Shown here: in pieces, positions 11,190 to 24,748 of the stretch | How the letters are laid out: every line of letters begins with the position of its first letter | How positions within the stretch are numbered: position 1 is the first letter of the stretch | Assembly: GCF_004010195.1 (NCBI RefSeq) | Contig: NC_057718.1 | Coordinates: 86,425,835-86,480,303, forward strand | DNA from: Chiloscyllium plagiosum | Taxonomy: Eukaryota | Direction: 5' to 3' | DNA: 54,469 nucleotides | Program-made: the position numbers and the translations under genes | Notes under the pieces: model-generated | Told to the model about the DNA's origin: nothing | The model's database searches: none | What the model saw: only the letters and a program-made list of their open reading frames with translations

Positions 11190-11560
11190 TGTGTGAGCCT
11201 CAGCTCAGTGACTGTCCTCTCACTGCTGCTCAAGTACATGGGGAAATGTTGTAATGTCCATGATGCTCTTTCAGATGAGCAGATAACCCAGGGTCAGCCT
11301 CCCATCTCAGGTGAACAGAATGGATCTCAGAGAATCTTTATGGAAAAGAACCAGGGAGCTCTTTCCATTCTCCTGTTTCTGCCTGAACCAACATCATCAG
11401 AATCAGACTGTGGGGCTCTTTATCTTATTGCTGTTTGTGAAGCTCTGTGATGTATTTGTTCGTTGTTATGATTTCTACATTTCATCGCAATGATTACAAT
11501 AGTGAGAACACTTCAATATAATCTGATGAACGTGAAGTGAGTAGGAATGTACTAAGGTCA
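11190..11560 (+). mobile_element. Ancient Deu-domain-type SINE in the 3' flank of GPCR copy A
   Basis: ctttcagatgag..tctcaggtgaac..gaaaagaaccagggag..attgctgtttgtg resembles the recalled DeuSINE central domain; related copies at ~48020-48390, ~21850-22090 (-) and ~53870-54010. Confidence 0.55.
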
Positions 11561-12309
11561 AAATACTTCCTATCTAAATGTCAACTCAATCTTTCTTTAA
11601 ACTTAAAACAATTTATTATTAAAATCATTGTATTATTTAAAGCCATTTTAATCTTGTGTAATCTTGAAAGTGTATGTGACCACTACTAATAATTACAAAT
11701 GTAGTCATGCAGTCTGTGAAAACTCTAAAACAGTTTGATGTAACTGTTGAAGGAGAGAATACATGTGAGTTTCCATCCTGGTTTTGTGTGGGATAGATCC
11801 CAAAAGGCTCCTGGGAGTTTAGGGACCAGCCGGACACAGATCAACAAAAGCTCAGGGCTGTCACAGTCCGGCCAAAGGATGACCCCATTGGCTCAGTGAT
11901 ACTTCAGTGTGTGACCTCCCCCCAGGTTGAGGGGGGTTCTGTGAGGGTCTATCCACAACTGATGGCCCAAAGGATCCTCAAGGTTAACTACTGAGGGCTT
12001 GAAGGAAGTCTTGATGGAGGTGAGCGGCTGCAGGGTTCAACAATGAAAGTGAATCCAACGCTGAAAGAGAGGGATGCCTGAACAGGCAGGAAAGGGCAAA
12101 AACTGGTCGAGGGGTCTGGGCTAATGTGATCTGGCCCCAGGGCCGATGGTGACTCTGGAATGGGCTGGAGACAAGTTGACCATTCTATTTCTGAGGCAGG
12201 GATCATAGGGAGGACTGTGGAAAGGGAGGACTATTCAACATGACATGAGCTTGCATTGGAAAATCAGAACATGTGCCCATGAGTGGGGGTTGAGCATTCA
12301 GTATTACAA

Positions 12310-13420
12310 GAGCTATATGCATGGAGACAGACCCTTCAGTGCAACCGGTCCACACTGACCATGCTCCCAACTAAAGTAGTCCCACTTGCCTCTGCTTGGC
12401 CCTTATCCCTCTAAAGCTTTCCTCTTCATGAACTTATCAAAAAGTCTTTTAAACATTGTAACTGTGTCTACATCCACCACTTTCTCTGGCAGTTCATTCC
12501 ACACACGAACCACTCTCTGTGTAAAAAGTTATCGCTCATTTCCTTTTTAAATGTTTCCCCTCTCACCTTAATAATATGGCCCCTCGTTTTGAACTTGCCT
12601 AACCCGAGCGAAAAGACCCTTGTCGTTCTCCTTATCGATGATCCTCATGACTTTATAAACCTCAGTAAGGTCACCCTTCAAACTCCTAAGCTCCAGGGAA
12701 AAAGGTCTCAGTCATTCCAGTATTTTAATATCTCAAACCCTCCATTCCCAGCAACGTCCTGGTGTATCCATTCTGAACCTTCTCCAGATTAATAATATCC
12801 TTCCAATAACAGAATGATGGACTTTCCTCCCCTTGGTCATCTCTCTCCGTCTGCCTTTAGAACATTTAAAGATTCTGCTTCCACTGCCTTTTGTGGAGGA
12901 GAATTCCAAAGACACATAAAGTTCTGAGAAAAAAAAATGCTTCCTCATTTCTGTCTTAAATGGGCACCCCCTTATTTTTTAAATGATGACCATTTGATGA
13001 AGGAGCAGAAGTTGGCCATTTTGCCCATTGAGTCTACTCTGCCATTGATTAAGATAATGGCCAATCTGATAATCCTCAACCCCATGTTCCTGCCTTTTCC
13101 CCATAACCTTGATTCCCTTCCTGATTAGAAATGTGTCTATCTCAGCCTTGAATATACTGAATGGCCCAGCCTCGACAGCCCTGTGTGATAAAGAATCCCA
13201 TTGATTCACTGCTCTCTGACAGTCAGACTGTGAGCTTGTGCCCTGTGCTTCTAGACCCTCCCACCAGGGAAACCCCCTCTCCATCGACCCTGTCAATCCC
13301 CCTAAGAATCATGTATGTTTCAATAAGGTGGTCTCTCATTCTTCAAAACCCCAATGAGCACAAGCCCAATGTATTCAACCTCTTCTCATAAGAGACAGTC
13401 TCCATACCGAGAATCAACCG
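12310..13420 (-). mobile_element. Cluster of CR1 3'-end fragments
   Basis: CR1 3' UTR and C-terminal coding remnants (QRAVNQWDSLSHRAVEAG..FKAEIDTFL). Confidence 0.75.
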
Positions 13421-13810
13421 AGTTTTTTATTCACTCACGGGATGTGGGTGTTGCTGAGTAGGCCAATAATCATTACCCTTTTTTTAAAATCAATAAAAGA
13501 TGACCAAAAAAAATAATAAGTTGGGATAATTAAGTTGTGAGGGAAAACTAACTAGTATCCTTGTAGGCAGTGTGAGCTCAGTACGCTAAGCACTTAAAAA
13601 GTGCTTTCTCCTTAATACTAAGAAGGATTGTAATGTTTAACTTTTAACGTTGTTTCTTTACTTTTTACCTAAGACTCTGTACCTAGGTGCCTTTGTACCT
13701 AAAAGGTGCTGTGAGTAGTAACATTTGTACTCATGTACTCTTTACTTCAGCACACTTGACGATAAATTCTAATTCTAATTCTAATATGAAATGGGCAGTA
13801 GGAGCTTAGT

Positions 13811-16800
13811 GTCATAGAGTCATAGTGATGAACAGCAGGGAAACAGACCCTTCGGTCCAACCCGTCCATGCCGACCAAATATCCCAACCCAAACTAGTCC
13901 CACCTGCCAGCACCCGGCCCATATCCCTCCAAACCCTTCCTATTCATATACACATGCAAATGCCTCTTAAATGTTGCAATTGTACCAGCCTCCACCACAA
14001 CCTCTGGAAGCTCATTCCATACACATACCACTCTCTGCGTGAAACAGTTGCCCCTTAGGTCTCTTTTATATCTTTCCNNNNNNNNNNNNNNNNNNNNNNN
14101 NNNNNNNNNNNNNNNNNNNNNNNNNNNNNNNNNNNNNNNNNNNNNNNNNNNNNNNNNNNNNNNNNNNNNNNNNNNNNNNNNNNNNNNNNNNNNNNNNNNN
14201 NNNNNNNNNNNNNNNNNNNNNNNNNNNNNNNNNNNNNNNNNNNNNNNNNNNNNNNNNNNNNNNNNNNNNNNNNNNNNNNNNNNNNNNNNNNNNNNNNNNN
14301 NNNNNNNNNNNNNNNNNNNNNNNNNNNNNNNNNNNNNNNNNNNNNNNNNNNNNNNNNNNNNNNNNNNNNNNNNNNNNNNNNNNNNNNNNNNNNNNNNNNN
14401 NNNNNNNNNNNNNNNNNNNNNNNNNNNNNNNNNNNNNNNNNNNNNNNNNNNNNNNNNNNNNNNNNNNNNNNNNNNNNNNNNNNNNNNNNNNNNNNNNNNN
14501 NNNNNNNNNNNNNNNNNNNNNNNNNNNNNNNNNNNNNNNNNNNNNNNNNNNNNNNNNNNNNNNNNNNNNNNNNNNNNNNNNNNNNNNNNNNNNNNNNNNN
14601 NNNNNNNNNNNNNNNNNNNNACCTTTGAGCCAGTTCTGTATCCTAATGGCTAGTTCTCCCTGTATTCCATGAGATCTAACCTTGCTAATCAGTCTCCCAT
14701 GGGGAACCTTATCGAACGCCTTACTGAAGTCCATATAGATCACATCTACTGCTCTGCCCTCATCAATCTTCTTTGTTATTTCATCAAAAAACTCAATCAA
14801 CTTTGTGAGACATGATTTCCCACGCACAAAGCTATGTTGACTATCACGAATCAGTCCTTGCCTTTCCAAATACATGTACATCCTGTCCCTCAGGATTCCC
14901 TCCAACAACTTGCCCACCACTGAGGTCAGGCTCACTGGTCTATAGTTCCCTGGCTTGTCCTTACCAACCTCCTTAAACAGTGGCACCATATTTGCCAACC
15001 TCCAGTCTTCCAGTACCTCACCTGTGACTATCGATGATACAAATATCTCAGCAAGAGGCCCAGCAATCACTTCTCTAGCTTCCCACAGTGTTCTCGAGTA
15101 CATCTGATCAGGTCCTGGGGATTTATCCACCTTTAACCGTTTCAAGACATCCAGCACTTCCTCCTCTGTAATCTGGACATTTTGCAAGATGTCACCATCT
15201 ATTTCCCTACAGTCTATATCTTCCATATCCTTTTCCACAGCAAATACTGATGCAAAATATGGATTTAGTATCTCCCCCATTTTCTGTGGCTCCACACAAA
15301 AGCCGCCTTGCTGATCTTTGAGGGGCCCTATTCTCTCCCTAGTTACCATTTTGTCCTTAATATATTTGTATAACCCCTTTGGATTCTCTTTAATTCTATT
15401 TGCCAAAGCTATCTCATGTCCACTTTTTGCCCTCCTGATTTCCTTCTTAAGTATACTCCGACTTTCTTTATACTCTTCTAAGGATTCACTCCATCTATCC
15501 TGTCTGTACCTGACATATGCTTCCTTCTTTTTCTTAACCAAACCCTCAATTTCTTTAGTCATCCAGCATTCCCTATAGCTGCCAGCCTTCTCTTTCACCC
15601 TGACAGGAATATACTTGGATATTCTGGATTCTTGTTATCTCATTTCTGAAGGCTTCCCATTTTCCAGCCGTCCCTTTACCTGCGAATATCTGCCTCCAAT
15701 CAGCTTTTGAAAGTTCTTGCCTAATACCGTCAAAATTGGCCTTTCTCCAATTTAGAACTTCAACTTTTAGATCTGGTCTATCCTTTTCCATCACTATTTT
15801 AAAACGAATAGAATTATGGTCGCTGGCCCCAAAGTGCTCCCCCACTGAAAACTCAGTCACCTGCCCTGCCTTATTTCCCAAGAGAAGGTCAAGTTTTGCA
15901 CCTTCTCTAGTAGGTCCATCCACACACTGAATCAGAAAATTGTCTTGTACACACTTAAGAAATTCCTCTCCATCTAAACCTTTAACACAATGGCAGTCCC
16001 AGTCAATGTTTGGAAAGTTAAAATCCCCTACCATAACTACCCTATTCTTCTTACAGATAGCTGAGATCTCCTTGCAAGTTTGTTTCTCAATTTCCCTCTG
16101 ACTATTGGGGGTGTCTATAATACAATCCCAATAAGGTGATCATCCCTTTCTTATTTCTCAGTTCCACCCAAATAATTTCCCTGGATGTATTTCGGGGAAT
16201 ATCCTCCCTTAGCACAACTGTAATGCTATCCCTTATCAAAAATGCCACTCCCCCTCCTCTTTTGCCTCCCTTTCTATCCTTCCTGTAGCATTTGTATCCT
16301 GGAACATTAAGCTGCCAGTCCTGCCCATCCCTGAGCCATGTTTCTGTAATTGCTATGATATCCCAGTCCCATGTTCCTAACCATGCCCTGAGTTCATCTG
16401 CCTTCCCCGTTNNNNNNNNNNNNNNNNNNNNNNNNNNNNNNNNNNNNNNNNNNNNNNNNNNNNNNNNNNNNNNNNNNNNNNNNNNNNNNNNNNNNNNNNN
16501 NNNNNNNNNNNNNNNNNNNNNNNNNNNNNNNNNNNNNNNNNNNNNNNNNNNNNNNNNNNNNNNNNNNNNNNNNNNNNNNNNNNNNNNNNNNNNNNNNNNN
16601 NNNNNNNNNNNNNNNNNNNNNNNNNNNNNNNNNNNNNNNNNNNNNNNNNNNNNNNNNNNNNNNNNNNNNNNNNNNNNNNNNNNNNNNNNNNNNNNNNNNN
16701 NNNNNNNNNNNNNNNNNNNNNNNNNNNNNNNNNNNNNNNNNNNNNNNNNNNNNNNNNNNNNNNNNNNNNNNNNNNNNNNNNNNNNNNNNNNNNNNNNNNN

Positions 16801-18080
16801 NNNNNNNNNNNNNNNNNNNNNNNNNNNNNNNNNNNNNNNNNNNNNNNNNNNNNNNNNNNNNNNNNNNNNNNNNNNNNNNNNNNNNNNNNNNNNNNNNNNN
16901 NNNNNNNNNNNNNNNNNNNNNNNNNNNNNNNNNNNNNNNNNNNNNNNNNNNNNNNNNNNNNNNNNNNNNNNNNNNNNNNNNNNNNNNNNNNNNNNNNNNN
17001 NNNNNNNNNNNNNNNNNNNNNNNNNNNNNNNNNNNNNNNNNNNNNNNNNNNNNNNNNNNNNNNNNNNNNNNNNNNNNNNNNNNNNNNNNNNNNNNNNNNN
17101 NNNNNNNNNNNNNNNNNNNNNNNNNNNNNNNNNNTGGGAGTAATCCAGATATTACTACCCTTGAGGACCTCCTTTTTAAATTTCTGCCTAACTCTCTGTA
17201 ATCTCCCTTCAGAGTCTCAACCTTTTCCCTTCCAATGTCGTTGGTTCCAATGTGGACAATAACCTCCTGCTGGCCTCTCTCCCCCATGAGAACATTCTGC
17301 ACCCTCTCTGAGACATCCTTGATCCTGGCACTAGGGAAACAACACACCATTCTGCTTTTCCTCTACTGGCCACAGAAATGTCTGTCTGTACCTCTGACTA
17401 CAGAATCCACTAACACAATTGATCTCTTGGAAGCCGACATACCCCTCGTTGCATTAGAGCCAGTCTCAATACCAGAAACTTAGCTGTACGTGCTACGTTC
17501 CCCTGAGAAACCATCACCCTCTACATTTCCCAAAACAGCATACCTGTTTGAAATGGGTATATCCACAAAGACTCCTGCTCTAGCTGCCTACCTCTCTTAC
17601 CCTTCCTGGAATTAACCCATCTATGTGACTGTATCTGAGACTTTCCCCCCTTTCTATAACTGCCATCCATCACATACTGTTGCAAATTCCTCATCGCTTC
17701 TATCTGTCTCTCCAACCGATCCACCCAATCTGATAAGATTCGCATCCAACAGCATTTATGGCAGATATAATCCGCAGTAACCCTTAAACTCTCTTTAAAC
17801 TCCCACATCTGACAAGAAGTACATATCACTGCAAAGGCCATTTTTGCTCCTTCACAATCTACAGACCCAGAAAATAACACCGTTGTATTCCTCTACAAAC
17901 ACTGCCGCAGGTTAAATTAATAGCTATGGCTTATATTTTAAGTTTAATCAAGAGACTTATCTCCAAAACATATAATCAAGAAAGAATCCACTGTACCCAC
18001 TACTGCAGCCTTTCTCTTGGACAGACTTAAAACAACAATTAACTTATCTGATTCTGTGCTGTGAACTTCGCCCAACAGTT
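13811..18080 (-). mobile_element. Near full-length CR1 LINE (ORF1 zinc finger + SGNH esterase; ORF2 APE endonuclease + RT), two assembly gaps
   Basis: ORF1 CTSCQMW..YICHKC and VIVHIGTNDIG; APE GDFNFPNIDW, LDLLL, SDHNSI; RT KSPGPD, NYRPVSLTS, YMDFSKAFDKVPH; CTATGACT-type 3' tail; carries frameshifts. Confidence 0.95.
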
Positions 18081-19440
18081 CTCTTTAAACACACAGAAAG
18101 GGAGAGAGGCCAAAGTGAACATCGGCCCCTTAGAGAACATAGAAAAGAGGGTACATGTGAGTTAAGTTCTATAAGTGAGAACCTGGCCAAATGCAATAAC
18201 TTGGGTGAAGAGGTTAACAAGAAAATAAAACTAGAAAATAGACAGTACAAAAATAATATGCAAGTTTATTTTAAGGAAACCAGTTATCATTTCACACAAC
18301 ATAAATATTAGGCTTCTATTAATAGTCGGTGTAGGTTCTTGTCAAGAAAAAGAGGGTGAGATATACTAGAGGGTAAGGCTAGATGACCTAATGAGTACTT
18401 TGTATGAGTCTTTATTGAGGCAAAGTATTTTAATAAAACACCAGTATATTGAATATGGCAGAGATAATGGGCAGGGTGAAAATTGAAAATTATTATGCAG
18501 GATGTAATGGAACGGCTAGGTATGGTTGGGGATGGCTTATATCCTGAGTTTCTTAAGGATACAGGGGAAGAAGTTAGCAGGAGAGAGGCTTCTAATCTGC
18601 TCTAGGTATAGGGGATGTACCAGAGGATTAGAAAGTGGCAAAAATGACACCATTTTCCTCCAGTGGAGACACCAAATGGAATGGGAACATTCTAGAAGTT
18701 TAATAAATGTTTATAAAGGGCTACATGGTAATTTTGGAATTTAGTCCTTCTTGGTAAGTTCTGTCTTAATAAAATTGGTCTGTTGTCAGTTAAAAGCAGA
18801 CCCTATCGTGCCTTACTAGAATCATGAGGAGCAGCTTTCAGACATTTTATGATGCACATAGATACTTCTATTGCATGGCGAGAGTAATTAAATCAAAAGC
18901 AAGATATAAATGGGCAAAAAGCAAAATTCAGAATTGGAAGTTTGTTTTCTGGGGCTTATATGTACATTGGGTTGGAAATCAGGTAGAATGCCTCAAATGT
19001 CACTTGCATCAACAATCTTATTTGAAACTGTCTGTGCTATTGCTACCTGTAAAAGGAGAGAGCTTCACAAAAAGATGCAGCAGTTTTCAAAACTGAAGTA
19101 TCGGTGTGATGCCAGCTAGAATAGATTGTAAGCCTTGCCAAGCAACACCACTGACTTTTCAATATTACAAAATGTAAACATATGGATTAACCCAGAGTAA
19201 TTCACTGCAACTTTTTGCTGAGCAATTTTTTTCAACTGGAATAGTTTGGCTTCAATCTCCCTGCATTCAGAAAACATGTATTACTTAAGAGGCACTAAAA
19301 TTAATCACCCATATTGGTTCAAAAACCTTGAACTGATTCTACTCCTTTAGCTCCTTTGTATAAGGAGCTGTAACAACTGGGGAAAGGCTGAGGTTTCAGG
19401 TCTGTCATTATTGTTCTCATTTTGCCTCCTTTCTCCAAAA

Positions 19441-19510
19441 ATGGAACTGTAAACAATCGAACAGACAGCTTTCATTTACTAACATTTTCTTGTGACCTTT
19501 GGAGTGCCTG
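19441..19510 (+). pseudogene. Orphan dead exon 1 of the GPCR family (copy B)
   Basis: ATG GAA CTG TAA ACA ATC GAA CAG ACA GCT TTC ATT TAC TAA CAT ... GGA GTG CCT G|gtagg: colinear with exon 1 of copies A and C but with two in-frame TAA stops. No matching exon 2 seen before copy C. Confidence 0.85.
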
Positions 19511-19640
19511 GTAGGAAATTGAAGTTGATTATTCTTGTGTTTTTAATTATACTTTAATCCTGCCTTGCTGTTGGTGTGTCTCTCACCATGTAAACCCTCA
19601 GTCTTTCCCTCTTCATACTGAATCCAGGTTGGTCTCCTCC

Positions 19641-19958
19641 CTAACCAACACACTGCCATGGAAAGCATCATACTGTGTGGCTTCAGAGGGCAGCTCCTTG
19701 TGACCAACATTACAGATGCATTGAGGATACCTAACGCATTTCAGTGAACGTTCCTAGCCACAATAATTAGTTGCCTCCATTGAGTTTTCAGCAGAATCTC
19801 TAACCAGCACACTGCTATGGAAAGCATCATACTGTGTGACTTCAGAGGGCAGCTCCTTGTGACCATTACAGATGCATTGAGGATACCTAACGCATTTCAG
19901 TGAACGTTCCTAGCCACAATAATTAGTTGCCTCCATTGAGTTTTCAGCAGAATCTCTA
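19641..19958. repeat. Tandem duplication, 2 x ~159 bp
   Basis: 19641-19799 and 19800-19955 are near-identical (few substitutions, one 3-nt indel). Confidence 0.95.
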
Positions 19959-20419
19959 CAAATTTGCCTTGGCATGATGCAGTTACCATCAAACAACATC
20001 CCAAACACCACTTTTCTAGTTTGGTTTAGTTTTAGCTGGAGACCTAGAGAAGGAGCTACAGTGAAAAGAGGTTCCATGTTTCAACAGACATCATGCTGGA
20101 ATGTTCTCTCTGAATCCTCTTCTGCCTGTAAGACCCTGTGATTGAATTTACCTTTTTGTGAATGGGAATGTTGCAGGAAATTGGATCAGCTTTGTTAAAT
20201 TACAACAGAGTCGGTTAGATTTTCATATTGCTGTCAATCTAAATTCTTTTCTCATTTGCTCGTGTTTCATTTGTTGGCGTGCAGATAAATTGTTTTACTT
20301 GAAGTCAAGTGGTTTGACCAGCTGCATCATTCCTGGGATATCCACCTTACATCTGCCTAAAACTACTAAATAAGTTAGGGTTGGGCTACCTTCTTGAAAT
20401 GTTTTGATGGGTCTGGCCT

Positions 20420-21500
20420 GGTCCATAAGTCTTAGTTTTATCAAGAACACCATGCTTTTCCATCCCATTGCCATTGAGATAAAGACCAACACTTTGATTG
20501 TTAGCTTTATCACCCATGAAGCTTGGATACTAGCTTTCTGTGATTCGTGAATGAGGATCTCCGAATCCCTCTGCACTGTGGCTTACAGCTGTCTTTCCCC
20601 ATTTAAATAATCTTCAGTTCTTATATCCTTCATACATGAACTCACATTTTCCCACATTATGTTCCACTCGCTTAACCCATCTATATTCCTCTGCAGACTC
20701 TTTGTGTGATTTGCATGAACTTGCCTTCCCACCAAGTTTGTGTTGTCCTCAAACTTGGCTACAGCACATCCATCTTCTTCATCCAAGTCATTGATGCATA
20801 TTTTAAATAACTGTGGCCCCAGAACTGACCCACGTGGCACTCTCCTAGTTACAGGTTGCCCTCCTAAAATGTCTCCCTTATCCCAACTCTCCGTCATCTA
20901 TTAGTTAGTCAATCTTCTATCAATGCTTCCACAGGCACTTCTCTTATCAAGTAGCGTCTTTTTTTTTACAGTTCATTCAGGGGATGTGGGCATCACTGGC
21001 TGGACCAGCATTTACTGACCATCCCTAGTTGCCCTTGAGAAGGTGATGATGAGCCACTTTCTTAAACCGCTGCAAGCCATTGGGGAGGGAGTTGTAGGAT
21101 TTGACTCAGTGACAGTGAAGGAACGGTGATATATTTCCAAGTCAAGATGGTAGGTGTTTGGGAGGGGACCTTGTAGATAGTGGTGTTCCCATGTATCTGC
21201 TGTCCTTGTCCTTTTAGATGGCAGTGGTCATGGGTTTGGAAGGTGCTGTCTGAGGAACCTTGGAGAAATTCTGCACTTCATCTTCAAGCTGGTGTACATT
21301 ACTGTTACTGAGTCGGTGGTGGGGAGAGTGGATGCTTGTGGATGTTGAGCCAATCGAATGGGCTTCTCTGTACTGGATGGTATCAAGCTTCTGGAGCTGC
21401 AGTCATCAAGGCAAGAGGAGAGTGTTCCATCACACTCCTCACCTGTGTGTTGTAGATGGTGACCTGGCTTTGGGGAATCAGGAGGTGAATCATGAGCAGG
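20420..21500 (-). mobile_element. CR1 RT fragment followed by a CR1/L2-type 3' fragment
   Basis: VPRGSVLGPQLFKICINDLDE..KFEDNT; 20960-21500 is homologous to 5980-6560. Confidence 0.75.
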
Positions 21501-23619
21501 AGAAACATGGGTCAGAAACAAATGTGCTAATGGGGATGTTTGTGGAGTCTCTTCCTCTGGTTATTGTATTAGTGAGCATCACCATTCCCCATTGGGTTTT
21601 ACATGGGATGTGAAAACAAAAATGATAATTTTAAAATCAAGTCAGTGCTTGACTGGGGTCCTTTTTAGGTCAGTTGATAGATGAATGGAACATGGTGCAA
21701 CGTAAATATGGACCACAATGTTTTTGATGGCTGCAAGATTATGGAGGGTAGAATATGGGAAGCCAGCAAGCTGTACATTATTATAGTTAAGCCTAGAGGG
21801 AATGGAAACAAATGAGGGTTTCAGTAAGAGATGAGTCAGATATGACTCTATTTGCAGGAAGCCTGCTTTATTATTAAACAGAAGCTCAGGAACAGAGTTT
21901 GCTGCAGAAATCAAAACCAATGCTTCAGTCTCCCTCCGAACATAACCTCTAAGCAGTGCCATGGGATCTTTTACAGCAACTTGGCAAGGTAGAGAGGGTC
22001 TTGTTTAAGGTTTCTTATTAAAAACTGAACCTCAAAAAGTGAAGTGCTCCTTCAATTCTACACTGGACATTTCTGCTCAAGCTCAGAAACAGAAACTGGG
22101 AGAACGAGGACACTATTCAATATGACCATACCTCACCCCCTATCCTAATGCCATATTCTTACTTTGTCCCCATACCTCTTCATATTCTTAATACCTGAAA
22201 TGTGATCAATCTCTTTCTTGGTGATATTCAGTGACTTGGCCTCCACTGCCTCCTGTGGGAGAGAATGACATTGGGTCACCAGCCATTGAGTGAAGAATTG
22301 CAGGGGACTGGAACCCAGAGCCTTGTGATTCAGACAGAGGGGATGCCAATTGAGCCACAGTTACATCTGTAAAGGAAATATTTACAGGGAATGAACAGGG
22401 GAGTGGGAATGATTGGATAATTCTTTCAGAAAAACAGCCCAAACCAAAATGGATTTCTTCCAATGATTAAATGGAGATCAGGGAAAATCAGATCCTCAAA
22501 TTGAAACTTCAGTCTAATTTCATGTTAGAATTCATTTTTATCAATTCAATTTCAGTGGAAATAACATGAAAAAAATAAACATTGCAAAAACAAAAGGTCT
22601 CAGATACATGCCCGATAATAGTGTTAAACTGTATTGTAATAACATGACAGTAACCTCTGTATCTATCATGGCATATGGAGAGTTCCTGGACTGATGCTAC
22701 AGATATGAGGTGAACAAATGGGTTTGGGGAACAGAAATATCTCATTTCTCAGACTATTTATATTGTTAGGAAACAGGAGACCCAAATATCTAACAGGAAC
22801 ATCCATTCTTCATGACTTCTACATGTGGTACACTTCTACATGTGCTTCCTCTTGCAGCCCCTCCCATTTGTTTTCCTTCTGTCCTCCAAGTGTTAGTTCA
22901 CAATGTCATAGACGTAGAAAAAGGTGTTTGGTGTGATTTAGTACTATTCATCATTCTTCACCTTTGAGCTGATATAGGAAGTAGGAGCCCCCTAGCCTGC
23001 TCTGCCATTTAATAAGATGATGGTTGATCTGTTTGTGTTTCTAATTCCACATTCCCATGTGTCCCCAGGAACCCATTGATTCCATTCCTTCACAAAAATC
23101 TGTCTACCTCTATAAAAATATTCAACGACTCTCCTTCCACTGCCTTCTGAGGCAAGGTTCCAATTTGCTGCAGCCAACAAAAATCTCCTTATCTATCCAA
23201 AAATGGTGACTTCTAATTTTAAAACCGTATTATTTTTATTATGAGTAAGAGCACTTTTGCTCTACCACAAATTATATCACAGGCAGACTTGATAGCTCAT
23301 GGTGAATGCCAGAACTGTCCAATCATCAACAATCTAAAACATTAATCCAAATGTCATTGTGAGAGGTTAGAGAAAATTCAAAGAGGCCTTGAATTTTTTT
23401 AATTTCATTTTCCTTGAATAATTCTGTTTCTGGATTCTAAAGATAGTGGGGATGGGAGTATAATTGGCTGTTTGACTGGCAATCAGGCAGAGAAGTGAAA
23501 CCAGTCAATATGCTGGAAATGGACCATGAAGGATTTGTAGATGAGAAAGGAATATGAGGGGAGTGGGTGCTGTGGAAATAGTGGGATGGGACAGGGTGAG
23601 TCAGTATGTTTCTCCCATC

Positions 23620-24275
23620 CTAAGATTGTTCAGATCATTGAGTTCAGGAGTTGTGATGTCATGTTGAGTTTGGACAGAACGTTGGTCAGGCAACATCCAA
23701 GGAGCAGGAGAATCGACGTTTCGGGCATGAGCCCTTATTTAGAACGTTGGTGAGGCCACTTTTGGAGTATTGTGTTCCAGCCCTGCTATTAGAAGGATAT
23801 TATTAAATTGGAGAGGGTGTAGAAAAGATGTCCATGGATGTGCCCAGAATGGAAGGTTTGAATTAGAAAGAGAGACTGGATAAACTGGGGCATCTTTCAC
23901 TGGAGTGTAGGAGTTTGAAGGGTGACCTTATTGAAGTTTATAAAGTCATGAGTGGTATAGATATGTGAATAGCTTGGGATTGAAGAGTTCAAAACCAGAG
24001 GGTATAATTTTAAATTGAGAGGAGAAAGATTTACAAAGACAATGAGGGGCAACTTTGTCACACAGACAGTGGCTCTTACGTGGAATGAACCGCCAGAGGA
24101 AGTGGAAGAGGCTGGTACAGTTACAATATTTTAAAGAGATTTGGACAGGAAATACGAAAGGTTTAGAAAGTTATGGGCCAAAAGCAGGCAAATGGGATTA
24201 GTTTCGTTTGGGAAATGTAGTCAGCATAGAGGAGCTGGACCAAAGTGTCTGCTTCCATGGTGTCTGACCCTGACT
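23620..24275 (+). mobile_element. Degenerate CR1 3' end with a small Penelope-terminus insertion (~23687-23740)
   Basis: Homologous to 34980-35580; insertion flanked by AGAACGTTGGT direct repeats. Confidence 0.75.
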
Positions 24276-24497
24276 TTAGAAACTTGTGGCATGTATTAAT
24301 AAAATCCCAAGGTAGAAGAGATTTTAACCATTACTGTGCCAAAGACTGAACTATCTTGTTACAATTTGTAAGTAGCAACCTTTCACTTTATTAGTGGGCA
24401 ATTTAAATGTCCACTTTTCCTGTACTTAAGTTTTTGGACCAAAGTTCTTCAGCTGGAAATGTTGTTTTCCGATCTTTCTGTGTGAACAAACATTATA

Positions 24498-24605
24498 TTG
24501 CCTAATATCTGTTAAAATTAATTATGCCTCAAACTAATTCTACTCTCTCTGCCATTTAATTGAATCACTGGAGGATTTGGTTGTTTTATTTAAGGAGCTG
24601 TCACA
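24498..24605 (+). promoter_or_regulatory. Proximal promoter of GPCR copy C
   Basis: TTGCCTAATATCTGTTAAAAT, AACTAATT, TAATTGAATCAC and TATTTAAGGAGCTGTCA align with the copy A promoter. Confidence 0.5.
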
Positions 24606-24669
24606 AATGAAGAACATCTGGTGATTCAGGTCCACCCTCACTGATTTTTGTCATCTCCTCTTCCGGAAA

Positions 24670-24748
24670 ATGGATCTAATGGAACTGTCGATAATTGAAC
24701 AGACAACTTTCATTTACTATCATTTTCTTGCTATCTTTGGAGTCCCTG
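24670..24748 (+). CDS. GPR139/GPR142-like GPCR, copy C, exon 1 (MDLMELSIIEQTTFIYYHFLAIFGVP)
   Basis: ATG at 24670 (alternative ATG at 24679), CCT G|gtaag donor, phase 1, homologous to copy A exon 1. Confidence 0.88.

Noticed and set aside
14039..17350. Long ORFs full of X (also 28624-29958 and 48970-49630)
   Set aside because: Artefacts of N gaps; the real parts are CR1 or low-complexity sequence.
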